Source of the DNA: an uncultured Thiotrichaceae bacterium
GTDB taxonomy: Bacteria > Pseudomonadota > Gammaproteobacteria > SZUA-229
Assembly (NCBI GenBank): GCA_964441285.1
Contig: CAYTUK010000002.1
Coordinates: 25,551-89,550, forward strand
Direction: 5' to 3'
DNA: 64,000 nt
Shown: one piece after another, positions 30,614 through 40,475 of the stretch
Numbering within the stretch: position 1 is the first letter of the stretch
Layout: each line of letters opens with the position of its first letter
Translations under genes and position numbers: made by a program
The notes under the pieces: generated by a model
Seen by the model: only the letters and a program-made list of their open reading frames with translations
Databases searched by the model: none
What the model was told of the DNA's origin: nothing

Positions 30614-31219
30614 TTAATTGGCTTTCTGTGCAGCAATTGCCGCAGCTAACTCATCCTGACCTTTTTTCGCTTTAAACTGTTGCCATAAAGCTCGGTCATT
30701 CCCCATACTGGTTCGTACCGCCTTTTCTGTTGCATTAACGGCCGCCATCGGGTCCATACCGAGTAATATATAGAGAGTACCGTTCGGACTGGTAAGCGTC
30801 TTAACTATTTTAGTGCCAACTAACGATTCATCCGTAATCTGTTTGGTCACAGATGTATTAACTTTATCAACGGTTTCCGCACTTGCTGCGCCCGTTGTTT
30901 CTGCATATTGTTTAACCAGATTCTGCACATGCACTTTCATTGCCTGTGCAAGCTGCACACGGGCATCCGTTGCAGCCATATTTTTCATAAAACTATATCC
31001 AGCAGCAGATTTTTCAGCCACCCCAACGGCAGAGACAGCAATACCTTTTACCGGCTCATCACACACCCAGCCAGGTGCCGCAGCAGAAGGAGCATCAGGA
31101 AACACACAGTCTGGCGCGATGGCTGTTTTAATCGTCTTTTCACCACCGCTACAGGCAGCTAGCATGGATACCACCAGTAACAGTACCGCTTTTATTGCAG
31201 CATTATCTTTTTTCATCAT
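30614..31219 (-). CDS. LPP20-family lipoprotein
   Basis: Lipobox LAAC after MKKDNAAIKAVLLLVVSM. Ala-rich LPP20/FlgP-like body. GGAG RBS favours the third ATG as start. Confidence 0.6.
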   Translation of the reverse strand: MMKKDNAAIKAVLLLVVSMLAACSGGEKTIKTAIAPDCVFPDAPSAAAPGWVCDEPVKGIAVSAVGVAEKSAAGYSFMKNMAATDARVQLAQAMKVHVQNLVKQYAETTGAASAETVDKVNTSVTKQITDESLVGTKIVKTLTSPNGTLYILLGMDPMAAVNATEKAVRTSMGNDRALWQQFKAKKGQDELAAAIAAQKAN

Positions 31220-31359
31220 CGCCATCTCCTAATATAACCATTGCCTTGCTACAGTCTAAATTTAAGACGCTGTTGTAGACCATCTATTTAAATTGTCTTT
31301 TATAAGACGTTTTCATGAATTTAGCCACAGTTATACGACAAAATCCATCTTATTAATAT

Positions 31360-31995
31360 CTATTTATGCGCTGCCGGTGCCGCGCTTTCTTTTTTGATTA
31401 GATAATTTAAGATTTTAATCAGCTTTTCGTAAGTGCCTGCCAGTCGCCCACTTAACATGTATTTACCGTTAACGACTACCGTCGGAACCCCGTTAATTTT
31501 ATATGCGGCAAGCTCTTCTACCGCTTTACGTACCAGACCATCAACCGCGAACGAATTATACTCCTGAATAAACTTAGCTCGATTAACCCCCTGCTTTGCA
31601 ACAAAATCGGCGATACCTGTTACCGTGTCCAGAGGGTTTCTGTGCTTGTGAATTTCGTCAAATATCTTGTCATGTACGCTTTCAATCACCCCCATTTGCT
31701 GTAGAGCATAATAGGCGCGCGCCTGTACTTTCCAGCCTGGACGAAAAACCGCCGGGATACGAACAAAGGCGACATTTTTGGATTTTGTTTTATTCCATTG
31801 ACTAATGTAGGGTTCAAAGTGGAAACAATGCGGACAGCCGTACCAAAAAAACTCAATCACTTCAATTTTCTTACCGCTATGCGTCGGTTGTGGTGACTCA
31901 ATTTTGGTGTAATCGACTCCCGCTTTATACTGTTTGGCACTTGCAATAGCCATTGATGAAAATACAAGTAAAACTAAAATCAGTAATTTTTTCAT
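31360..31995 (-). CDS. dsbA: thiol:disulfide interchange protein DsbA
   Basis: Signal peptide. CPHC active site within a thioredoxin fold. 211 aa. Confidence 0.85.
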   Translation of the reverse strand: MKKLLILVLLVFSSMAIASAKQYKAGVDYTKIESPQPTHSGKKIEVIEFFWYGCPHCFHFEPYISQWNKTKSKNVAFVRIPAVFRPGWKVQARAYYALQQMGVIESVHDKIFDEIHKHRNPLDTVTGIADFVAKQGVNRAKFIQEYNSFAVDGLVRKAVEELAAYKINGVPTVVVNGKYMLSGRLAGTYEKLIKILNYLIKKESAAPAAHK

Positions 31996-32071
31996 AGCTA
32001 ACTCCTTATATTATTTTTTATTAATAATTTGCTTTGAGCATTTAAAAAATTTTAAAATTTAATTTAACGCG

Positions 32072-33394
32072 CTATTTAACAACTTTATTGATGGTTATAT
32101 TAATTATTTTATCTGTATGAACATCATTAACCTCTGCAGTGCCTATATAGTCACCTGCACGGGCAATGGCAGAACCTGATCGGGTCACCCGGGCAGAGAC
32201 AACAACCTGGCCAAAAGCACTGATATCCATCCCCTGCATCATTGCCATACTATCATCCAGCACAACGGTTGCAGGAAACTGTGACAGCTTCATCCGTTTC
32301 ACTGCTAGCGGCATACGCGGCCCCTGTCTGGCTTTTGCATAAACGAAAACATCAGCAGAACCTTTAAACTGCTGTTTTACCTTATCACTAATCCGCACCC
32401 GTATATGCAACACCGCTGCCTGGATAGATTTTGATTTTGACTGTGCCACGCTATTTGCCGCTGCCGTCTTAGCAGGCACAACATAGTTGTTTATCTTTTT
32501 GATTGCTGCCATAGCATCCAGTGCTGGCATACTTATTCCCTGAGCCATTAATTTTTTACGTGCCTCGGTCACATAACTGGTTATAGTCAGCCTGACATTT
32601 TTATTACTAATCGCATTTGTTTTAGCCAGGCGGGTTAAATAGGCAATGCTTTTACGGTAGCTTCCTGCCTGAAACTCAGCCACGCCAGCAAACCATATCG
32701 CACTCACATTATTAGGCTTTAGCCTGATTGCATGTAAAATTAATTTTCTGGCTTCGGGAACAAACTGACGATTATTTAACAACGCCAGCACTTCGGCTCG
32801 TTCCAGCATGAGCACCGCATTATCGGGTGACATTTTTAACGCTTCAGCAAATGACTGGGATGACTTACTGTATTCCTTCATGAATTTATACGCACGTCCC
32901 AGCATAGTCCAGTCCTGCACGTTACCTCCAGTTTTTTCAATCCGCTGCCTTAATTTCTCTGCCATCTGCGGAATTGACATCTGCGGCTGCGCTACCATCT
33001 TAGCAGGAGGCTGATTCGTGGTAACTGCGGGCATGCCCAGATCAAGATAAACCAGGTAAACAGTCAGTGGAATAAACACGGCAATAATTAATGCCACTAT
33101 CGGTTTGCGTTTTATTTGCCGCATAGGATATGATGCGTCTTCACTATTATTTTCAGGTATGTCCCTCAGCAATTCTCGATCCAGTTCATCGTGCGCCTGG
33201 TTATAATATTGTTGATCGATGCGTCCATCACTTAAATCCTGCTCAAGCTCATTAAGTTTGTCATCATTAATACTAAGATTGCTGTCTTTGTAACCAAGAC
33301 TCGATGCATTTCGAACGCGTAACAATGGATATACCAGCATAGCGATTGCAAACAATATCATTAACAATAGCCAACCCAAAAAAACAATATTCAT
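32072..33394 (-). CDS. ccmI: c-type cytochrome biogenesis protein CcmI/CycH (TPR-containing)
   Basis: N-terminal TM segments. TPR repeats. Located upstream of ccmH in the ccm cluster. Confidence 0.75.
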   Translation of the reverse strand: MNIVFLGWLLLMILFAIAMLVYPLLRVRNASSLGYKDSNLSINDDKLNELEQDLSDGRIDQQYYNQAHDELDRELLRDIPENNSEDASYPMRQIKRKPIVALIIAVFIPLTVYLVYLDLGMPAVTTNQPPAKMVAQPQMSIPQMAEKLRQRIEKTGGNVQDWTMLGRAYKFMKEYSKSSQSFAEALKMSPDNAVLMLERAEVLALLNNRQFVPEARKLILHAIRLKPNNVSAIWFAGVAEFQAGSYRKSIAYLTRLAKTNAISNKNVRLTITSYVTEARKKLMAQGISMPALDAMAAIKKINNYVVPAKTAAANSVAQSKSKSIQAAVLHIRVRISDKVKQQFKGSADVFVYAKARQGPRMPLAVKRMKLSQFPATVVLDDSMAMMQGMDISAFGQVVVSARVTRSGSAIARAGDYIGTAEVNDVHTDKIINITINKVVK

Positions 33395-33400
33395 TAATTT

Positions 33401-33886
33401 TTACTCTCTCTTATCCGTATTGGCGGCTGTTTTATTATGCAACCTGTTTATACGCTCGATTTCTTCACCACTCAATATATCTTCTTCTTTACGCTTTGAC
33501 TGATTACGAACAATGCTTATCACATAAATCAGTGCAAAACCAAATAACACGACAGGGCCAATCCATAATAACCAGGTTAAAGGTTTAAATGGTGGGCGAA
33601 ATAACACATAATCACCATATCGGTCGACCATAAAGGCAAGAACTTCTTTTTCTGTCTTCCCCCGCCTCAACATTTTATAAACCTGCAATCTTAAGTCTTT
33701 CGCCAGACCCGCATTAGAATTTGCAATATTTTCATCCTGACAGACCAGACAACGCAATTCTTCACTTAATTTATGAAACAACTGTTCATTTTTTTTAGAA
33801 TCAAAATGAAAAGTTTCTATCGGCACTGCATTCGCATAACCAGTACCGATAAATAAGAAAAACAGTAAGAGAAAAATGGAGCGCAT
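33401..33886 (-). CDS. ccmH: cytochrome c-type biogenesis protein CcmH
   Basis: LRCLVCQ (LRCxxC) heme-handling motif. Signal peptide plus C-terminal TM segment. Confidence 0.85.
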   Translation of the reverse strand: MRSIFLLLFFLFIGTGYANAVPIETFHFDSKKNEQLFHKLSEELRCLVCQDENIANSNAGLAKDLRLQVYKMLRRGKTEKEVLAFMVDRYGDYVLFRPPFKPLTWLLWIGPVVLFGFALIYVISIVRNQSKRKEEDILSGEEIERINRLHNKTAANTDKRE

Positions 33887-34162
33887 GTATTATTTCCTGT
33901 TGATGGTTAGCGCTGGATGTATCCAGACACTGATCAAACTTACTACTGAGTTGTATAAAAAGAATGCTCTGCGTTCAAGACACGCAGTAGATACATTCAG
34001 GCAGGCCCGACATTCGCAGCCCTGCGGCTGAAGGTTTTGAAGCAGAAGCATCCGTTTTATTTGCACTATTAATAAGCCACCATAGCAAAGCAATGCCGAG
34101 TTTAAACAGACCGGCTGCAAACAGCTTTTCACTGGTAAATTCATCATCTAATCGACAGCGGC

Positions 34163-34699
34163 CTAATTAAGTTCTTTGATTTTTTCAAGTAGCTTATGTA
34201 ATGCCTTTGGCTCCGATAACGAACCAATCACCTTGTAACGGATGATGCCTTTTCGATCGATTAAAAAGGTTTCTGGCGCACCATAAACACCCCAGTCTAT
34301 CGCAACACGCCCTTTAATATCTGACACAATTTCCTTATAGGGGTTACCCAACTGTCGCAACCAGGCTTTTGCATCTTTGGGTTTATCTTTATAGTTATAG
34401 CCAATCACCCTGTAACCCTGGCGGCTTAATTGCTTAACGGTTTCATTTTCTTCGCGGCAGACAAAACACCAGCTTGCCCAAACATTTAATAATGTCACCT
34501 TACCGATAAAATCCTTAGTGCTGAATGTACCTGGCTTATTCAACAGCGGCAATGTAAAGACTGGCGCAGGTTTACCAATTAGCGGTGAAGGCACCAACCG
34601 TGGATTTTTCCTAAGTCCTATCGCTAATACAACAACCAGTGAAATAAAAATAATTAACGGTACGAAGCGTTTTAGTTTTGAAGGTTTTGTGTCATGCAT
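34163..34699 (-). CDS. ccmG: thiol:disulfide oxidoreductase CcmG/DsbE
   Basis: WASWCFVCREE active-site motif. N-terminal membrane anchor. Confidence 0.9.
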   Translation of the reverse strand: MHDTKPSKLKRFVPLIIFISLVVVLAIGLRKNPRLVPSPLIGKPAPVFTLPLLNKPGTFSTKDFIGKVTLLNVWASWCFVCREENETVKQLSRQGYRVIGYNYKDKPKDAKAWLRQLGNPYKEIVSDIKGRVAIDWGVYGAPETFLIDRKGIIRYKVIGSLSEPKALHKLLEKIKELN

Positions 34700-34746
34700 T
34701 ATTTAACTTTACTGTGTTGTAGATTATATTTAACTGACACCTATAT

Positions 34747-36705
34747 TTAACTAGCATCTGATGCCTGTAGGCCATGTTTTATGCCCATTTTCTGCTTTAC
34801 TTTCTGCCGGTAACGGCGGTCGCTCACTGCCAGCACGCCACCCGCCGCCATAAAGATACAGCCAAACCATATCCACCATATCATCGGCTTGTAATAGACT
34901 CGCATACTCCAGGCACCACCACCTAATGATGCACCCAGCGCAGAATATAGATCACGGAACATCCCCTGATCGATGGAAGCTTCCGTCATTGGGCTATCCT
35001 GGCCGCTGTAAACACGTTTTTGCGGAAACAACACTGCAATTTTTTTATGGTTCTTTCTGACCACAATAGTGGCTTCGTCAGCAATGTAGTTCGGCCCCTT
35101 GACTTTATGTGTGCCCTGAAAGGTGAAATCGTAGCCCGAAATGTTATAGCTTGTCCCTGGAACCATACGTAAATCTTTTTCATCGCTGTAACTCGTTGTG
35201 ATCACAACACCGACGACAAACATACAAAGACCAAGATGTGCCAGCACCATACCCAGGTAAGCCAGAGGTAGCCTGGATTTACTGCGGATACGTACAAACA
35301 GCTCGCGTAACGTTACCAGCGCTATCCATATAGCGGCTGCCAGGCCAAGCCCGGCTTTTATGTTCAGGCTGTCTTTATAAATAAAGGGCACCAAGAAACC
35401 AACTATCAATGCAATAATCAGCAACGTGATCGTACTTTTAGAAATTCGCGACCAGGTATCCCCTTTCCAACGCACAATTGGACCAATACCCAACGCCAGT
35501 AGCAAGGGGATGGCTATCAGTGAAAACATTATATCAAAATAAGGTCGCCCGACTGAAATCTTGCCGATACCCAATACCTCCACTACCAGCGGATACATGG
35601 TGCCAATAAATACTGCCGCTGCTGCCGTGACAAAGATAATATTATTAAGCAGTAATGCGGTTTCACGTGAGAACCACTTAAACCGGCCAGTGCTCACAAC
35701 CGTAGCAGAACGCCATGCATACAGTGCCAGCGAGCTGCCAATCACGATACATAGGAAAATAAGAATGTAGATGCCTCGTCGTGGATCGGTGGCAAACGCA
35801 TGCACTGATACCAGCACCCCAGAGCGCACAATAAAGGTGCCAAGCAAACTTAGAGAGAAGGCCAAAATCGCCAGTAATACCGTCCAGCTTTTAAACACAC
35901 CACGCTTTTCTGTACTGGCCAGGGAATGAATTAATGCTGTCCCCACCAGCCACGGCATAAAAGAGGCATTTTCAACCGGATCCCAGAACCACCAGCCTCC
36001 CCAACCAAGCTCTTTATAGGCCCACCAGCTCCCCAGCGCGATACCGAAGGTAAGAAAGCTCCAGGCAATCGTGGTCCAGGGGCGCGACCACCGCGCCCAG
36101 GTTGCATCCAGCTTACCACCTAGAAGCGCCGCAACCGCAAAAGCAAAGGCAACTGAAAAGCCAACATAGCCCATGTACAACATGGGTGGATGTATCGCCA
36201 GACCAGGATCCTGCAAGATGGGGTTAAGTTCACTGCCATTGAGCGGAACTGGAAAAAGTCGCACAAAGGGGTTGGAGGTAAATAACATAAAAACAATGAA
36301 ACCCACACTAATTATTCCCATCACCGCCAGTACTCGAGATATTAATACGTCTGGCAGACGCCGGCTAAAAGCTGCCACAGCGACCGTCCAGATGGAAAGA
36401 ATCAGTGTCCATAGCAACAACGAACCTTCATGCGCCCCCCAGACACCGGCAATTCGATAAAGCAAAGGCTGCACCAGGTTTGAGTGTTCAGCAACATATA
36501 AAACTGAAAAATCATGCTCAATAAAAGCGCGGGTAAGAATGACATAGGCCAGACCAATAAACAAAAACTGGGTTAAGGCTGCAGGACGCGCCAGTGACAT
36601 CATCGCGGCATTATTTTTAGCTGCACCAATGATCGGTACAATGCTTTGCACAATGGCAACTGCTAAAGCAATAATTAAAGCGAAATGGCCAAGTTCTGGA
36701 ATCAT
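34747..36705 (-). CDS. ccmF: cytochrome c heme lyase subunit CcmF
   Basis: 652-aa polytopic protein with WWD-domain region (WGGWWFWDPVEN). Confidence 0.9.
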   Translation of the reverse strand: MIPELGHFALIIALAVAIVQSIVPIIGAAKNNAAMMSLARPAALTQFLFIGLAYVILTRAFIEHDFSVLYVAEHSNLVQPLLYRIAGVWGAHEGSLLLWTLILSIWTVAVAAFSRRLPDVLISRVLAVMGIISVGFIVFMLFTSNPFVRLFPVPLNGSELNPILQDPGLAIHPPMLYMGYVGFSVAFAFAVAALLGGKLDATWARWSRPWTTIAWSFLTFGIALGSWWAYKELGWGGWWFWDPVENASFMPWLVGTALIHSLASTEKRGVFKSWTVLLAILAFSLSLLGTFIVRSGVLVSVHAFATDPRRGIYILIFLCIVIGSSLALYAWRSATVVSTGRFKWFSRETALLLNNIIFVTAAAAVFIGTMYPLVVEVLGIGKISVGRPYFDIMFSLIAIPLLLALGIGPIVRWKGDTWSRISKSTITLLIIALIVGFLVPFIYKDSLNIKAGLGLAAAIWIALVTLRELFVRIRSKSRLPLAYLGMVLAHLGLCMFVVGVVITTSYSDEKDLRMVPGTSYNISGYDFTFQGTHKVKGPNYIADEATIVVRKNHKKIAVLFPQKRVYSGQDSPMTEASIDQGMFRDLYSALGASLGGGAWSMRVYYKPMIWWIWFGCIFMAAGGVLAVSDRRYRQKVKQKMGIKHGLQASDAS

Positions 36706-36783
36706 AGGATTACTCTCTTCTAACGGATGTTGCCAAGCATAACGGCTACGAACAATGCGTTACTACTAAGATCTTTAAGGGTA

Positions 36784-37236
36784 TTACAGTTTAGCGGCCT
36801 TCTTTTCCGCCGCTTCTTTACTGGCCTTCAGGGCGGCAGCAACATCCGGTGGCATATACTTTTCATCGTGTTTTGCCAGCACCTGCTGGGCAATAAATAC
36901 GCCATTAGGCTGAATTTTACCCGTCGCAACAATGCCCTGGCCTTCTCTAAACAAATCCGGCAGGATGCCCGTATATTTAACCGCGACGGTTTCCGTATTG
37001 TCAGTTAAGTCAAACCGCACACCCAAATCTTTCGCGTCATGTTTAACGCTGCCCATTACCACCAGCCCACCAATCCGAAATGAGCGATTAGCCGGTGCTT
37101 CGCCAGCTTTAATCTGAGTTGGACTATAAAAATACAGTAAATTTTGATTAAACGCGCTCAGCCCCAACGCGGTGGCAACTGCCACTCCAAACAGCACCAG
37201 CACTACCAGTAACTTTCTTTGACTTCGTTTATTCAT
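36784..37236 (-). CDS. ccmE: heme chaperone CcmE
   Basis: 150 aa. N-terminal anchor and OB-fold with a Cys-less heme-binding region. Canonical position. Confidence 0.9.
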   Translation of the reverse strand: MNKRSQRKLLVVLVLFGVAVATALGLSAFNQNLLYFYSPTQIKAGEAPANRSFRIGGLVVMGSVKHDAKDLGVRFDLTDNTETVAVKYTGILPDLFREGQGIVATGKIQPNGVFIAQQVLAKHDEKYMPPDVAAALKASKEAAEKKAAKL

Positions 37237-37260
37237 ACAACGCTTACCTGAATTTTGATT

Positions 37261-37434
37261 TTATGACGATTTCATCGCCTCACGCTTAATTGCGCGCTTA
37301 ACTTTGGCTATCACCTGTTTACGTTGCCATAATGGCAAAATAATATTAGCCAGCACCACAATCAGTGCCAACCCGTAAGATGGCCACACATAAACGGCAT
37401 AACCACCCATAGCAAAAAATTTTGGCCAGTCCAT
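37261..37434 (-). CDS. ccmD: heme exporter protein CcmD (not in ORF track, length below cut-off)
   Basis: 57-aa ORF MDWPKFFAMGGYAVYVWPSYGLALIVVLANIILPLWQRKQ... with a single TM segment, between ccmC and ccmE. Confidence 0.7.
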   Translation of the reverse strand: MDWPKFFAMGGYAVYVWPSYGLALIVVLANIILPLWQRKQVIAKVKRAIKREAMKSS

Positions 37435-37453
37435 ATTTATTCTCTATAACCTC

Positions 37454-38191
37454 TCATAGCCGGTCGATTAGTTCGCGCACCCAGCGTCGGTTGCGATCAC
37501 GATACAGGGCCTCATTGCGGGTGCGTACCAGCACCACTGCGAAGTAAAACAATTGAAACGCCACGGCCATCAATAACAGCGGTATCAGCATACTGGTAGC
37601 CATTGATGGGCTGGAAAATTTACTTACCGTTGCACCCTGATGCAGGGTATTCCACCAGACCACTGAGTAATGAATAATGGGTACATTGACCACGCCAACA
37701 ATGGCAAGCAGGCCACTGGCTTTATCGGCTGTACGCTGATCTTCTATTGCCGACTGTAACGCCATATAACCAAAATACAGAAATAGCAGAATCAGTTCGG
37801 AGGTTAGCCGTGCATCCCATACCCAGTAGGTGCCCCACATTGGTTTGCCCCACAGCGAACCCGTTACCAGTGCCAGGAAGGTGAACGATGCGCCTATTGG
37901 CGCGCTGGCGGCAGCCACCATATCAGCCAGGCGAATTTGCCAGATTAAGCCAATACCCGCTGCAACCGCCATTGCCACATAAATAAACAGCGACATCCAG
38001 GCCGCTGGTACATGGACAAACATTATTCGATAACTATCACCCTGCTGATAATCAGGCGGTGCCACAAACAAGCCCTGGTAAAGTCCGAAGGCAGCAAATA
38101 AAAATGCCGCAACAGCAAACCAGGGGATAAGTTTACCCGCCATTTCAAAAAAATATTTTGGTGATGAAAAACGCTGTATCCAGTGCCACAT
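37454..38191 (-). CDS. ccmC: heme exporter protein CcmC
   Basis: WWD motif LWGKPMWGTYWVWDARLTSEL. Six TM helices. Confidence 0.9.
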   Translation of the reverse strand: MWHWIQRFSSPKYFFEMAGKLIPWFAVAAFLFAAFGLYQGLFVAPPDYQQGDSYRIMFVHVPAAWMSLFIYVAMAVAAGIGLIWQIRLADMVAAASAPIGASFTFLALVTGSLWGKPMWGTYWVWDARLTSELILLFLYFGYMALQSAIEDQRTADKASGLLAIVGVVNVPIIHYSVVWWNTLHQGATVSKFSSPSMATSMLIPLLLMAVAFQLFYFAVVLVRTRNEALYRDRNRRWVRELIDRL

Positions 38192-38250
38192 AATCTAACC
38201 TTATCTATATTCTACGCTGTGCAAACTCATTTAGCCCTATACGGCTCTAA

Positions 38251-38922
38251 CTACCGTGATGCCGTTATACGCAACGCAACTGCTGTCGCCAGTGGTGCCA
38301 GCGATAATGCCAGCACCAGTACAGAGCCAAGAAACAACAACTGCCCGTTAACGCTTAATCCATCCATCGCTACATCCACTGCATTGGCACCGAAGATCAG
38401 TATTGGAATATACAAAGGTAGAACAATAAGAGACAGTAATACCCCGCCTCGGTTCACTGCAACCGTTAACGATACCCCGATTGCGCCAATTAAACTTAAC
38501 ACCGGCGTTCCCAGCAACAGACTATAAACTAATGTCGGCATGGCTTTTTCCGGCACCGTTAGGAACATACCCAGTAATGGTGAAATAATCACCAGCGGTA
38601 GTCCGGTTAAAAGCCAGTGGGCACAGACTTTAGCCAGCACCAGTATCATTAATGGATTCTGACTCAGCATGAGCTGATCCAGTGAACCATCTTCATAATC
38701 CTGTTTGAATAACCGATCCAGAGACAATAACACTGCCAGCAAGGCTGAAACCCAGATAACACCTGGAGCCATTTCTCTAAGCACTTCTGCTGTTGGCGTT
38801 ACCGCCAGCGGAAACAAAGACACTATCAGTACAAAAAAGATTAATGGATTCACCAGTTCGTGGCGCGAACGAAAAGCCAGCCTTAAATCACGCAACAATA
38901 GATGATAAAACGCTTTTAACAT
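38251..38922 (-). CDS. ccmB: heme exporter permease CcmB
   Basis: 223-aa six-TM permease directly downstream of ccmA. Confidence 0.85.
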   Translation of the reverse strand: MLKAFYHLLLRDLRLAFRSRHELVNPLIFFVLIVSLFPLAVTPTAEVLREMAPGVIWVSALLAVLLSLDRLFKQDYEDGSLDQLMLSQNPLMILVLAKVCAHWLLTGLPLVIISPLLGMFLTVPEKAMPTLVYSLLLGTPVLSLIGAIGVSLTVAVNRGGVLLSLIVLPLYIPILIFGANAVDVAMDGLSVNGQLLFLGSVLVLALSLAPLATAVALRITASR

Positions 38923-39572
38923 GCCGCCGCCGTTGTCGCCGAACTCTTAACTGCTTCACCCAACGTCACCGAACGCATACTACCGTCCAGCACCATGCCA
39001 TGGTGCGTGGTAAAGATAACGCTACCGCCACTGGCACTGTGTGCCAGAATCATGTTTTCAACCAGCGTGACACCCTGTACGTCCAGCGCAGTTAAGGGCT
39101 CATCCAGAATCCAGAGCCGCGCTTTAACCAGTAAAATAAATGCCAGCAGTATTCTGCGTCGCTGACCTGATGACAAAGCTTTACTGGGCGCATCATCAAA
39201 ACCACGCAAACCCACTTTGCTCAGTGCGGCATCAATGACCTCAAATGTCGCCGATTGTGAACGTGCATCCAGCAATGAGCGGATGTTTTCAACAACGGTT
39301 AAATCCGCCTTAACGCAGGACAGGTGACCGACATAAACCATGTTGGCATAATAGTCTTCCCGCACTTCAGTCAGACGACTACCCCGCCAGAAGACAGCAC
39401 CCTCATCGGCCTGCCGCAAGCCACATAAGATACGCAGCAAACTGGTTTTACCACTGCCGTTAGCGCCTTCAATTTGCAAGATTTCAGACTCGGACAGGGC
39501 AAAATTAAGGTCGTGAAATAACAGACGATCATCTCGCGTACATTCCAGTGATTTCACTTCAAGTATCGACAT
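38916..39572 (-). CDS. ccmA: cytochrome c biogenesis ATP-binding export protein CcmA
   Basis: Walker A GANGSGKTS. ABC signature. Walker B ILDEP. Confidence 0.85.
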   Translation of the reverse strand: MSILEVKSLECTRDDRLLFHDLNFALSESEILQIEGANGSGKTSLLRILCGLRQADEGAVFWRGSRLTEVREDYYANMVYVGHLSCVKADLTVVENIRSLLDARSQSATFEVIDAALSKVGLRGFDDAPSKALSSGQRRRILLAFILLVKARLWILDEPLTALDVQGVTLVENMILAHSASGGSVIFTTHHGMVLDGSMRSVTLGEAVKSSATTAAAC

Positions 39573-39655
39573 CAGCTGCGTTTAAACCTAAAAAGGATGG
39601 CGAAACCATCCCTTTTAGCAAGCCTTAAATGGTTAATTTAAGTGCCTCTTTCCGC

Positions 39656-40294
39656 CTACTTGAGGCTGGCAATATAATTCGCCAGGGCGACTATATCTTT
39701 ATCCGACAACTTGGCTGCGATGATACGCATAAGTTTATGTGCGTCATTGGCTCGTGTCCCATCCTTAAAGGCTTTTAACTGCGCCACTATATAAGGCACG
39801 TACTGGCCGGTAAGTTCTGGGTAACCACTACCAGGATTCCCCGCACCCGTTGGACCATGGCAGGCCTTACAGGCAGGAATATGCGTTTGTAAATCGCCAC
39901 CATTAAACAGTTCACGTCCACGCGCAAGCTGGGATTTGTCAAAAGGTGCTGTACTCCTGATTTTCTGGGCTTGAAAATAGGCTCCGATATCCGCTGCATC
40001 CGCTTTACTGACTGGCGTAGCCATACCCAGCATAATAGAGTTTTTACGTGTCGTATTTGCCTTAAAATCGGCCAGCTGCTTGGCAATATAGCGCTCATTC
40101 TGACCCGCAAGCTTGGGGAAGCTCGCTACCGGACTATTGCCATCTAAACCATGACAGCCGCCGCAAACAGCGGCCTTTGTTTTACCTGCGCTGGCATTAC
40201 CTAGCGCCAATGCAGTACCAGATACCGTGGAAATAATGGATAACAGCAGGTATAAAAATACTTGTTTCATAATATTTGAGCTCCAGACGACCAA
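39656..40294 (-). CDS. diheme cytochrome c4
   Basis: Signal peptide. Two CxxCH heme-binding motifs (CGGCHG and CKACHG), each followed by a Met ligand region. Confidence 0.8.
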   Translation of the reverse strand: MVVWSSNIMKQVFLYLLLSIISTVSGTALALGNASAGKTKAAVCGGCHGLDGNSPVASFPKLAGQNERYIAKQLADFKANTTRKNSIMLGMATPVSKADAADIGAYFQAQKIRSTAPFDKSQLARGRELFNGGDLQTHIPACKACHGPTGAGNPGSGYPELTGQYVPYIVAQLKAFKDGTRANDAHKLMRIIAAKLSDKDIVALANYIASLK

Positions 40295-40475
40295 AACGTA
40301 TTCGGGTGAAAAGTGGCGCGAATTCTACACCACTAACCCCGGGCAAACAACTTTAAGATCAACTTCGCCGGTAAAAATCTTCCGGCTACACTATCAAAAC
40401 ATCAGTAAAAATCAGTCATCCGAGGAATAAAAGATACTTTTAAAATAATGCGCGCAGCCTTTTAAATTAGAAAAA

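Noticed and set aside
33890-34147. 85-aa Cys/Leu-rich ORF in the ccmG-ccmH spacer
   Set aside because: It has no RBS, odd composition and low coding plausibility. The spacer itself is kept as a finding.
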